Origin: an uncultured Lentimicrobiaceae bacterium
GTDB taxonomy: Bacteria; Bacteroidota; Bacteroidia; Bacteroidales; DASVHX01
Assembly (NCBI GenBank): GCA_964511085.1
Contig: CAZEDO010000003.1
Location: forward strand, 3,883 to 67,882
Length of the DNA stretch: 64,000 bases
Direction: 5' to 3'
Shown here: in pieces, positions 9,923-18,588 of the stretch
How positions within the stretch are numbered: position 1 is the stretch's first letter
Layout of the letters: every line of letters starts with the position of its first letter
Notes under the pieces: model-generated
Database searches by the model: none
What the model was told of the DNA's origin: nothing
What the model saw: only the letters and a program-made list of their open reading frames with translations
Translations under genes and position numbers: made by a program

Positions 9923-10542
9923 AAAAATGAGCTGAATTTTTGGGCAATACTATCAAACATGTGCAATGCCAGTAGTGGCTTAAGTGCAATTGTAAATATT
10001 ATCCCAAATACCGCACCCCATAAATGAGCGTCATGGCCAACATTGTCAACTGATTTTCCTGACATATATGCAGAATAAAACAGATAGAGTGCCCCAAATA
10101 TAATAGCCGGCACACTAAAAGGAATAAATAATATGCCAATAGGAGCTAAAGGATTGAATATAATACTTGCAAATACTACGGCAGACACAGCTCCCGAAGC
10201 CCCTACCGCCGAATAAGCCGGGTTATCCTTATATTTTCCGTAAGCTGGTGTAACTGACAGTACTATACCACCCAAATAAAGCAAAAAGAAGTACAGATAT
10301 CCTTTTAGTCCGAAAATACCGGTATAGAAATACTCCACCACACTACCAAATGAATATAAAACAAACATATTCACAAAAAGGTGAACAAAATCGGCATGTA
10401 CAAGTGCATAAGAGAAAAACCTGTACCCTTCGTGGTTATATTTTATTCCGAAAGGCAGGTAAGTAAGCTTGTTAAATAGCACGCTATTATTAAAGGCTAT
10501 TAACGATACAATTACTGTAATTGCAATCAGGAAAAAGGTCAT
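9919..10542 (-). CDS. Rhomboid family intramembrane serine protease
   Basis: Six predicted TM segments. GASGAVSAV (GxSG catalytic serine) and a downstream HLWGAVFG histidine. Confidence 0.85.
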   Translation of the reverse strand: MTFFLIAITVIVSLIAFNNSVLFNKLTYLPFGIKYNHEGYRFFSYALVHADFVHLFVNMFVLYSFGSVVEYFYTGIFGLKGYLYFFLLYLGGIVLSVTPAYGKYKDNPAYSAVGASGAVSAVVFASIIFNPLAPIGILFIPFSVPAIIFGALYLFYSAYMSGKSVDNVGHDAHLWGAVFGIIFTIALKPLLALHMFDSIAQKFSSFF

Positions 10543-10557
10543 AAAGCCGTTTTACCG

Positions 10558-11397
10558 CTATTTACTAACTTTCGTGTAATCGATTTCCGATCCAAAAGCA
10601 CTGTGCGGAATCAAATAAACAACCAGTACAATTATAGCAGCAGCAACCGGCCAAACCCGGTTTTGAGGATCCTTACGGAGTTTTAGCGCAGCCAATACCC
10701 ATACAATAACCATGATAATGGTTTTATTGTCGGTAAGGTCGTGGCCAAATGGCCAACCCGACCAATAAACACCAAAAGCATATTTCTGCACAATCGGACC
10801 TAAAATCAATCCGCCAGGAATGAGGAACATGATAGTAAGCAATGAATATTTATAAGTTTGTGTACCTCTTATCAATGCTTCAATAGCAGTTCGTGAACTA
10901 AAAAGCAAGCCCAGGAACATTAACAAAATATGTGGTATTAAAATGGGTAAAGGCACCCGGCCTTTGAAGCGCATGACTACAGGATTGCCATTTTTACCTG
11001 ATATCTTAACTTGTTCATTGCCAGACTGCAATGTAATCTCATACATCATTTTACCGGCAGCCGCTAATTTGGGCATCATAAATACTAACCTTTCACCCGA
11101 TCGGATCATTGGAGCCATTGTTAATGAATCGTGGCTCTTATAACGCTTATATTCAATGGTTCCAGCAACAGATTGATCCGGAACATCAAGGCTGATCTCG
11201 GCATCAGTCTCATTTTCTGCAGTACGGATAAGTTTATACTTTATGATTTGTTTGTTAAGTGTCACCCTTCCTTTTACAGGATAAGTGGGGCCAGTCATTT
11301 TTTGATACTCAGCAACTGCTATTGTAAATATTACTGCGAATATCCAGTAAAGAACTGATTTGCTCGGAAGTTTCATCAATAGTGTCGGAAGTTTCAT
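10558..11397 (-). CDS. Polytopic membrane protein of unknown function
   Basis: N-terminal TM helix, a ~120-aa soluble domain, then 4-5 TM helices. The 5' end carries an in-frame 21-nt tandem duplication that yields two ATG starts (11397 and 11376). Confidence 0.55.
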   Translation of the reverse strand: MKLPTLLMKLPSKSVLYWIFAVIFTIAVAEYQKMTGPTYPVKGRVTLNKQIIKYKLIRTAENETDAEISLDVPDQSVAGTIEYKRYKSHDSLTMAPMIRSGERLVFMMPKLAAAGKMMYEITLQSGNEQVKISGKNGNPVVMRFKGRVPLPILIPHILLMFLGLLFSSRTAIEALIRGTQTYKYSLLTIMFLIPGGLILGPIVQKYAFGVYWSGWPFGHDLTDNKTIIMVIVWVLAALKLRKDPQNRVWPVAAAIIVLVVYLIPHSAFGSEIDYTKVSK

Positions 11398-11635
11398 CAA
11401 TATTGTTTTAGTGAAATGAAGGCTGCAAATTTAAGCTGATTTTTTTAGAATATTCAAAAAACAACATACACTATTACTTTGGTGTATATGCTTCAAAACC
11501 TAAACAACAAAAAATAGAAGCATACAATGTAATAATCGCTAAAGCTTTCCGTTTTAAATTGAAGTAACAAATTTATTAGTTTTACATTGGAAAGGCATTA
11601 TCCTTTGCCAATTATATTGAGCCTTACATCTATTA

Positions 11636-13126
11636 ATGAAAAGAGCTTTAAGAAGAATTTATAGCCTGATATTCTTTGTCTTATTAATTTCTGTTGCTTC
11701 GGCTCAGGAGATGTTGGGAATTGTTAATTCTAATTATTCAGGTATTCATTCAGCTTTAATAAACCCAAGCGGGCTCACAAATTCAAAATATTATTTAGAT
11801 GTCAATTTTTTATCCCTGGGGGTTTCAATCGAGAATAATTATGTTTACATAGCCAATTCTGATTACAGGTTTTCACAATTACTTTCATCAAATCCTCAGT
11901 TGCCGACACACCCTCCTGATAATCAATCTACTTTCGATTATTACAACAAAGACCTGAAGAAAGCATTTGCAAACATAAGGGTAATGGGACCTTCTGTTAT
12001 GCTCTGTTTTGGCGATCATGCCTTTGGATTGACAACCGGTTTTCGCACAGTTGTTTCGGGACGAAATATCCCTTACGAAATAGCCAAGTTCGGTTATTCA
12101 AGCCTGGATTTTAAACCTCAGCACCGCATTAATTACAAGGATTACAAGAACTTTAATATTGCAGCAATGAGTTGGGCCGAAATCGGATTCAGTTATGCCT
12201 ATGTCTTCAAGAAGTTATACAATGATAATTGGTCAGCCGGAATAAGCGTAAAAAAGCTTATGGGTGTTGGTGGTGGCTATGTCAATGTTAGCAATATCGA
12301 CTACATGTTAATGAACAAGGATACGGCAATAGTTAATAATATGAATGCTGAAGCTGGATTTTCACTTCCTGTTGACAACCAAACGAATGACATTATCAAG
12401 TCTCCGGTTTTCCGCGGAGGCGGTTTTGGGTTTGACATTGGTATCACTTACAAACAAACTTTAAAAGGTCAGCAAAACATAAGCTTTTCTAAGATTTGCG
12501 CGCGACCTTTCACACCTTACAAGTATAAAATCGGGGTTTCGATAATCGACATAGGAAGAATCAGTTTTAAGAAAAATGCCCGGAAACTTATCTTTAACGA
12601 TGCAAGCACCTACTGGCCGGATCTGCGAAGTTTCAACTACCAGAATGTTGATTCTGCGATAAGTAAGATAAGCCAGCGTTTTTATGGTAATCCTGATGAA
12701 TTGGTTCAGGGAGACAAGATAACTATTGGCTTGCCAACGGCATTGAGCGTGCAATTTGATTTGCATTATACAGGAAATTGGTATTTGAATGGTACATTGA
12801 TCTACCCCTTGCGAATGTATAAGGCCAGCCTTATGCGCCCTGCCCAGTTTGCCCTGACTCCTCGTTTTGAGACAGATCTTTTCGAAATTGACTTCCCTGT
12901 CTCTCTTTATGACTTCGCAAAGCCAAGGATAGGAATTTGCGCCCGTATTGGATTTTTAACGGTTGGCACTGATAAACTGGGAGGCTTTTTTCACTTCAAT
13001 GACTTTACAGGCCTGGATTTTTACTTTGCTGTTAAACTCAGCTTCATTAAAGGACATTGCAAAAACTCAGGGGGCGACACCAATTGCGCCCAAAGCGAAT
13101 ACAAAAAGTTTATCAAGAAAAAATAG
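11636..13126 (+). CDS. Outer-membrane beta-barrel-like protein of unknown function (DUF5723-like by recollection)
   Basis: Signal peptide ending SVASAQ, alternating beta-strand-like pattern and a C-terminal aromatic-rich region. Confidence 0.45.
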   Translation: MKRALRRIYSLIFFVLLISVASAQEMLGIVNSNYSGIHSALINPSGLTNSKYYLDVNFLSLGVSIENNYVYIANSDYRFSQLLSSNPQLPTHPPDNQSTFDYYNKDLKKAFANIRVMGPSVMLCFGDHAFGLTTGFRTVVSGRNIPYEIAKFGYSSLDFKPQHRINYKDYKNFNIAAMSWAEIGFSYAYVFKKLYNDNWSAGISVKKLMGVGGGYVNVSNIDYMLMNKDTAIVNNMNAEAGFSLPVDNQTNDIIKSPVFRGGGFGFDIGITYKQTLKGQQNISFSKICARPFTPYKYKIGVSIIDIGRISFKKNARKLIFNDASTYWPDLRSFNYQNVDSAISKISQRFYGNPDELVQGDKITIGLPTALSVQFDLHYTGNWYLNGTLIYPLRMYKASLMRPAQFALTPRFETDLFEIDFPVSLYDFAKPRIGICARIGFLTVGTDKLGGFFHFNDFTGLDFYFAVKLSFIKGHCKNSGGDTNCAQSEYKKFIKKK

Positions 13127-13178
13127 GTTTCCCACTTTTGCCCTTTCTTAAGGAAATTTGCACAAAGTATTATAAGGA

Positions 13179-14402
13179 TTAAGATGCCTTTACATCAAGT
13201 GCATCGCGAAGGCCATTTCCGATAAGCATGAATGCAAGTACCATAATCATTATAGCAAGGCCTGGAAGAATAGCAAGGTATGCTGAATCGAGAATGATGT
13301 AGCCATAATTATCTTTAATCATTGTACCCCACGAAGGCATTGGAGGTTGGACTCCTACACCAAGAAAACTCAAGCCAGCTTCTATAAGGATGGCTGACGC
13401 AAAATTTGCTGCTGAAATTACTATAACCGGGGCTAATGTATTGGGAAGAATATGCCTGAATATGAGGCGCGGGTTAGAGAATCCAAGTGCTTTGCCTGCT
13501 TCCACATATTCTTTTTCGCGGATGCTAAGAAATTGTCCGCGAACAACCCGCGCCACTTCAACCCACATAGTCAGACCTACAGCAATAAAAACCTGCCAAA
13601 AACCTTTTCCTAATGCAAATGTTATTGCTATTACCAATAAGAGCGTGGGAATTGACCATACCACATTAATCAGCCACATAATCAGGGCATCGGTACGGCC
13701 ACCAAAAAATCCCGCAATTGAGCCTAGAAGCAGGCCTATCAGCAGGGAAATGGCAACTGAGATGAAACCCACCGACAAACTCACCCGTGCACCAATCATA
13801 AGCTGGCTTAAAACATCGCGGCCGTAGCGGTCAGTTCCCAGCCAATAATGTCGTGTTTTTATATTTTGCTTCACTACTTTATTCTGCAATGCAGCAATAG
13901 CAAGAGATTGCTTTCCTGAACCTGCTACTTTAACAAATTCCCCTGGAGACTTCATGCCTTTAACAGAAATCTTTACACCATAAAGTACCTCGGAGAGATT
14001 GAACCGCAATTCAGGCCCATCATACCTATTACCACCTGTGTAAGCCTTTACAACAATTTTATCATTTTCAAAATGATATGATATTATTGGAACTGAACGG
14101 TAATTGCTCTTTTCGCCCCAGAACATACGTAAAGGCCACGCCGCCGACGAAGGTGTTTCAGAACGGTTCAGCAAAAGCATCTTTATCGAAAAACCTGGTT
14201 TTCGACAGGAAAGTTCGAGGATTTGCCCATTGGCAAAAGGTGTTTGATCAGGAGTAATAAGATAACCAAGAATTGCAACCAGTACCGCCAAAATAACCAC
14301 AGCAGCAGAAATGATAACAAATTTATCTTTGAGTAAACGCTTTAACGCCAACCTGGAAAGCGATCCTTCGCTTATATATTGCTTGTTTCGGAAGAGCCCC
14401 AC
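13179..14402 (-). CDS. ABC transporter permease (DppC/OppC-type)
   Basis: EAA-loop region EYVEAGKALGFSNPRLIFRHILPN and six TM segments. Long N-terminal periplasmic extension. Confidence 0.8.
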   Translation of the reverse strand: MGLFRNKQYISEGSLSRLALKRLLKDKFVIISAAVVILAVLVAILGYLITPDQTPFANGQILELSCRKPGFSIKMLLLNRSETPSSAAWPLRMFWGEKSNYRSVPIISYHFENDKIVVKAYTGGNRYDGPELRFNLSEVLYGVKISVKGMKSPGEFVKVAGSGKQSLAIAALQNKVVKQNIKTRHYWLGTDRYGRDVLSQLMIGARVSLSVGFISVAISLLIGLLLGSIAGFFGGRTDALIMWLINVVWSIPTLLLVIAITFALGKGFWQVFIAVGLTMWVEVARVVRGQFLSIREKEYVEAGKALGFSNPRLIFRHILPNTLAPVIVISAANFASAILIEAGLSFLGVGVQPPMPSWGTMIKDNYGYIILDSAYLAILPGLAIMIMVLAFMLIGNGLRDALDVKAS

Positions 14403-14407
14403 TCTGA

Positions 14408-15181
14408 TTAATATGACTTATCGCCACCAAATAATCCACCGATAATACTTCCTCCGATGCCACCGATGCCAGTACTCTCGTCACGATTACCAAACCTTGA
14501 TGCAGCAACTATCCGATCAGCAAGGCGGCTAAGTGGAAGGCTCTGGAGATAAACTGTTCCTGGCCCTGCGAGCCTTGCCAAAAAAAGGCCTTCGCCTCCA
14601 AACATAGCATTTTTAAATCCACCGACAAACTGGATATCATAATCCACAGTAGGTGCGAAAGCAACGATACACCCGGTATCAACCCGCAATGTTTCCTGCT
14701 CGCCTAATTCGCGGCGGATAATGGTACCACCGGCATGCACAAAAGCACGGCCATTGCCACTAAGGCGTTGCAAAATAAAACCCTCTCCCCCAAAAAGGCC
14801 GGCTCCCATCCGCTTTGTAAAAGCAATATCAATATCCACACCTTGTGCGGCACAGAGGAAAGAATCTTTCTGGCAAATGAAAGTTCCTCCCATCTGATCC
14901 AGTTCAAGAGGTATTATTTTTCCAGGATACGGTGCACCAAAGGCAACATGTTTCTTTCCAGCCGCGGTGTTAAGAAAAGTTGTAATAAAGAATCCATCGC
15001 CGGTGAGCATACGTTTGAATCCTTTGAACAAGCCCCCACCGGTACCCGTCTGCATTTCGATACCTTCTTCCATATACATCATTGCCCCAACTTCGGCACG
15101 AACGCCTTCACCGGGATCAAGCTCAATCTCAACAATCTGCATATCGTCGCCCAGAATAGTATAATCAATTACATCAGCCAT
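14408..15181 (-). CDS. TIGR00266/AIM24 family protein
   Basis: 257 aa. The [37 protein letters not shown] pattern typical of the family, with a Gly-rich C-terminus. Confidence 0.75.
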   Translation of the reverse strand: MADVIDYTILGDDMQIVEIELDPGEGVRAEVGAMMYMEEGIEMQTGTGGGLFKGFKRMLTGDGFFITTFLNTAAGKKHVAFGAPYPGKIIPLELDQMGGTFICQKDSFLCAAQGVDIDIAFTKRMGAGLFGGEGFILQRLSGNGRAFVHAGGTIIRRELGEQETLRVDTGCIVAFAPTVDYDIQFVGGFKNAMFGGEGLFLARLAGPGTVYLQSLPLSRLADRIVAASRFGNRDESTGIGGIGGSIIGGLFGGDKSY

Positions 15182-15299
15182 ATCTATTTATTATTGGTAT
15201 TAGCAAAACTATGGAATATTTCATTAACCTGCAATGCAATTTGACAACGATTTACTTCCGTAAAGCCTGAAAACGCATAAAGCTTGCATATTTTTTACT

Positions 15300-15329
15300 T
15301 TTGCATTTAAGAAATTTAACCTACTTTTG
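15300..15329 (+). promoter_or_regulatory. Primary-sigma promoter of tRNA-His
   Basis: TTTG at 15300-15303 and a perfect TAnnTTTG (TACTTTTG) at 15322-15329, 14 nt before the tRNA 5' end. Confidence 0.55.
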
Positions 15330-15343
15330 CCGATGAATTACAC

Positions 15344-15418
15344 GGTGGTTGTAGCTCAGTCGGTTAGAGCGGTAGATTGTGGTTCTACAGGTCGTGGGTT
15401 CGAGACCCATCATCCACC
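15344..15418 (+). tRNA. tRNA-His (anticodon GTG)
   Basis: Manual cloverleaf: G-1 paired to C73, acceptor GTGGTTG/CATCCAC (one U-U mismatch), D stem GCTC/GAGC. Anticodon stem GTAGA/TCTAC with loop TTGTGGT, T arm GTGGG-TTCGAGA-CCCAT. CCA is not encoded. Confidence 0.9.
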
Positions 15419-15424
15419 CAACAA

Positions 15425-15458
15425 AAACTCCCATTTACTTTCGTATTTGGGAGTTTTT
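15425..15458 (+). terminator. Rho-independent terminator after tRNA-His
   Basis: AAACTCCCA / TGGGAGTTT stem followed by a T-run. Confidence 0.7.
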
Positions 15459-15559
15459 ATTATCGAATCCTTCAGGCTTGGGAGAATAATATTTCTGTAT
15501 CGTTGCTCCGCAAGCAATAAAAAGCTAGTATAAATCCAAAAAGGATTGCTTTAAAACAT

Positions 15560-18385
15560 TTATGGAGTTATTGCCCCGGCAGCCAAATTTGTATTGTTTT
15601 CAACGATCGCCATATCACTGCCGTCAATCACACCATCTCCATTGCAATCATCAGGCAGATAACCTGAAGCGGCATTATTTGTATCGTTTTCAATAACTGA
15701 CATGTCTCCGCCGTCAACAATCCCGTCCTGATTTACATCACCACAAATAATTGCATAACCATTATCAGCCATGAGCAAAAGGTTGCCAGCATAAATATCA
15801 TCAGGTGTGCCAAATGACTGGTAAATAAGAGAGCCTGCAAATGAAACAGCAGTCGAGCTCACCGTTTCGAGGTGGCTGTGATTTTTTATAGTAACGTAAT
15901 AGTTACCATTCAAAGAAGCATCAATTGTTAAAGATGCTGTTCCCGTTGTACTAAGTTCCACATCCGTGTAAGCTGGTGCAGCGAGCGTAGCATACGTGGT
16001 TGCATCATGCAACTCAACTGTAATATGATCGGCAACACCGGCTGGCCAGTGAGGTCCATTTTCGTCTAAAGCCTGATTCAAAGTTCCACTACCTGCATAC
16101 AGCCCCTGAAGAAATACAGAAGTAAGGTTCAGAGTTTTGGATGTTACTGAATACTGCGTCAGGCTAACATCATCAATATAGAATAAGCCTGTTGAATTAT
16201 CACCGGTGGTTGCAGTGGCCCTGAACCGGAAATAGATTTGAGGATTATTGTCATTTATTGGTAAAACAACCTGATGCCATTGTGTAATTGATGCATACAG
16301 AGGAATTGGATCTTGCTCAACCAGGGACCAGTTTGTATTATCATATGATTTCTCGATAAACAAATGGAGATTACTTGCCAGGTTTTTATCCAATACTTTA
16401 ACAAAAAATTCCAACGTTCCGGCACCATTATATGCAGGTGATGTAAGTGTACCTCCATCAGAGGGAGAAAGCCACTTAAACTTAGGTGTCAGATAAATAG
16501 TGGAACCATAGAATCCCATACCATTAGTAGATGAACTTCCTACATTGGTAGTATTTGACCATCCGGCAGGTGGCATAATATCAAATCCTTGTTTAAAAAT
16601 GTAAACATTTGTACCTGGCTCCTTGCTGAAAGTCACATGGTATGTAGAAGTTGTAATTCCATCCTGGGCTGTACAAATGATAGTAGCAGTTCTCTCTGCA
16701 ATTGAACCGGTTAAGTTTACTGGTTGCGTAACAACATATGTAGCAGGTGGACAACCTGATGCCGGGATAACAAAATCAGGTTCTGCATCCACAATTAGCG
16801 AATTGGTTTCAATGGGAACAACGATGGAATAATCGAAAGTAGCCAACTCAAACCCTTTAACCCGGATATTTTGTTTCAATGGGTCTAACCCATTTGGAAG
16901 CCATTTGATATAAGTGAGAGCTGAATTAGCACTTGGTAGTGCAAAAGTGAAATTAATAGTGTAAGTATGATTTGTTGAGCCGTCCTGGGCAGTAACAAGC
17001 ACGGTTGTTGAACCTGGCAATAATGCTGCAGGTGTAACAACGGCTGTTGCAAGAGGGAAGTTAGTGGTTGCTGTAACTACTGGAACTGTTGGCAATCCAT
17101 AAGGTACTACAAAAGAATAAATATATGTTGAAGGTAAGAACCCTGCAACAGTTGTACCATTCACTTTCAAATCACTTAAAGTAGCATCATTGCTTAAAGT
17201 AGCCGGAATAGTTGTAAAAGTTGAACTTTGCAACACAGATTCGTTTCCGGCGCCATCTTTTACCGGGCCAATAGCCAGATAGTATTGCTGTGCATTCAGC
17301 AAGCCGGCTCCCGGAGTAACAGTAATAATTGTTTTTGTTGCATCAATAGTTGCTGTGAAAGGAACAGGAGTACCAGAAGCATTGGTGGTTTTTAACGTTA
17401 CCAGTGAAGCCAGATCGCTATTTGTCAAATCTGATCCATCGGTTTTCCTTACAGGCTCGTTGAATGTGATAGTTGGGATTACAGAAAGCAGAACATTTAT
17501 TGATCCATTAGCCGGAACAAAAGCACCAACCGGAGCCACAATATCCTGTGTAACAGCATCAGCCCAGGTAAGGCCATCCCTTATGCCATCCACAGTCACC
17601 ACAGGTGAGTATGCTCCACCCTGCCGGAGTTGGACACATCGTTGTCCTATTCCATCAGATCCGACATCAGTGGCAGAAGCATTAGGCGCTGGTTCCGTTA
17701 CAGGAAAAGGATTTGCCGGATCAAAAACAAAAACGTCAACCACATCATTAAAAGTTCCGGTAATAAAAGTATATTTGAGAACAACAAGGTATGTTGTGTT
17801 AAGACTATAATATTGAGATGTCCATATGATTGGAGCTGTACTACTTCTGGCGCTCTTGGTAACTCCAAAATAAATCTGACCTGATAGTAATGAATCCTTA
17901 GCATATAACCTTCCTTTAAAAACTGTGAGTGAGGCACCGGTCGTTTCTTTAAAACTGAGGAAATAATCACCACCTTTGGTAGCAGAAGTAACATTTACCA
18001 ACGCGGAAATATATACACTGCCTGAAGAAATGGTACTGGCACCTGTAAAATTTCTGAAAAGATCCTGACCACCAGCGATATTACCGAATGTTGCGGCTAA
18101 TCCAATACCTGAGGCCTGGTATCCGGAATAAAATAATCCTGACGAATTTACCTGTATGGGATTAGTGTTATCAGTGCCTTGCAGAGTCCACAAAGTAGAA
18201 CCACCTTGCCCGACAAGGTTTCCAGATGGATAACTGAAGTTCTCATTGATCTGAATTATCTGTCCCCAGCCTTTGCCTGCAAATAGCAACAGCATTAATA
18301 TCATAATAGCAGGAAGAAACAGGAAGTTGAATTTAACCATAAAAAAGTTTTGTGGCTTTGTGGGAAATTGAGTATTATTTTCCAT
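15560..18385 (-). CDS. Giant secreted multidomain protein with a C-terminal beta-sandwich plus dockerin-like module
   Basis: 941 aa. Contains a signal peptide ending GKGWGQ, an N-terminal LamG-like domain shared with 23342..27460 and 51408..53570, and an SbsA/Big_5-like Ig domain. Also two cadherin-like beta-sandwich domains (DATLSDLKVNGTTVAGF) and a MAM/choice-of-anchor-J-like domain (LFYIDDVSL). The last 192 aa are a FLQGLY beta-sandwich plus DVNQDGIVDGGD / DCNGDGVIDGSD double EF-hand loops. Confidence 0.85.
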   Translation of the reverse strand: MENNTQFPTKPQNFFMVKFNFLFLPAIMILMLLLFAGKGWGQIIQINENFSYPSGNLVGQGGSTLWTLQGTDNTNPIQVNSSGLFYSGYQASGIGLAATFGNIAGGQDLFRNFTGASTISSGSVYISALVNVTSATKGGDYFLSFKETTGASLTVFKGRLYAKDSLLSGQIYFGVTKSARSSTAPIIWTSQYYSLNTTYLVVLKYTFITGTFNDVVDVFVFDPANPFPVTEPAPNASATDVGSDGIGQRCVQLRQGGAYSPVVTVDGIRDGLTWADAVTQDIVAPVGAFVPANGSINVLLSVIPTITFNEPVRKTDGSDLTNSDLASLVTLKTTNASGTPVPFTATIDATKTIITVTPGAGLLNAQQYYLAIGPVKDGAGNESVLQSSTFTTIPATLSNDATLSDLKVNGTTVAGFLPSTYIYSFVVPYGLPTVPVVTATTNFPLATAVVTPAALLPGSTTVLVTAQDGSTNHTYTINFTFALPSANSALTYIKWLPNGLDPLKQNIRVKGFELATFDYSIVVPIETNSLIVDAEPDFVIPASGCPPATYVVTQPVNLTGSIAERTATIICTAQDGITTSTYHVTFSKEPGTNVYIFKQGFDIMPPAGWSNTTNVGSSSTNGMGFYGSTIYLTPKFKWLSPSDGGTLTSPAYNGAGTLEFFVKVLDKNLASNLHLFIEKSYDNTNWSLVEQDPIPLYASITQWHQVVLPINDNNPQIYFRFRATATTGDNSTGLFYIDDVSLTQYSVTSKTLNLTSVFLQGLYAGSGTLNQALDENGPHWPAGVADHITVELHDATTYATLAAPAYTDVELSTTGTASLTIDASLNGNYYVTIKNHSHLETVSSTAVSFAGSLIYQSFGTPDDIYAGNLLLMADNGYAIICGDVNQDGIVDGGDMSVIENDTNNAASGYLPDDCNGDGVIDGSDMAIVENNTNLAAGAITP

Positions 18386-18435
18386 AGGATTACATTTTGG
18401 GCGTCAGCCATTAATTAATAAATATTTTTTCAGTG

Positions 18436-18503
18436 TAAATGTATAAACGCACCTACTCATTGGGGTTTCTGAATTGATCTATTCGGTTTCCAAATTGACC
18501 AAT
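18436..18503 (-). promoter_or_regulatory. Promoter/operator module A (GAAACC-N15-GAAACC-N20-TACATTTA)
   Basis: In gene orientation, GAAACC sits at 18464-18469 (proximal) and 18485-18490 (distal). The -7-like box is at 18436-18443 and the ATTGACCAAT palindrome at 18494-18503. Coordinates +/-2 nt. Confidence 0.65.
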
Positions 18504-18556
18504 CAACAAGAATATGCTTTGAAAGTGTTATAGTTTAAGAGCAGGTGTATTTTTAT

Positions 18557-18565
18557 GGGGGGGGG
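18557..18565. repeat. Homopolymeric G9 tract (intergenic)
   Basis: Run of 9 G between the stop of 18589..22029 and promoter module A. This is unusual in such an AT-rich sequence. Confidence 0.8.
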
Positions 18566-18588
18566 ATATAGCTGGTGCATTAGCAGCA

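Noticed and set aside
9919-10542. The rhomboid protease as the processing enzyme (rhombosortase-like) for the GGGAPI-tail miniproteins.
   Set aside because: It lies more than 17 kb away in a housekeeping context and looks like a generic 6-TM rhomboid. No linkage evidence is available in this window. It is kept only as something to test genome-wide.
15327-15533. 68-aa plus-strand ORF.
   Set aside because: It runs straight through the tRNA-His gene and its terminator, so it is an ORF-caller artefact.
17355-17810. Antisense or overlapping ORFs of 60-170 aa inside the giant genes and other well-supported genes. Examples are 17355..17810, 29122..29523, 33171..33572, 53095..53469, 13390..13827, 14735..15244, 39166..39717, 42293..42784 and 53952..54470.
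   Set aside because: Each lies entirely within a long ORF on the opposite strand that has clear domain content. None has a recognisable motif. Their composition mirrors the sense gene.
18464-18490. Reading the GAAACC hexamer as an ECF-sigma -35 element (the GAAC-type motif).
   Set aside because: The hexamer is always present twice with 21-bp phasing. It is followed at a fixed 20 nt by a primary-sigma-like TAnnTTTA box, and no conserved ECF -10 (CGT/TC-type) lies at 16-17 nt. An activator-site interpretation fits better, although ECF involvement is not excluded.
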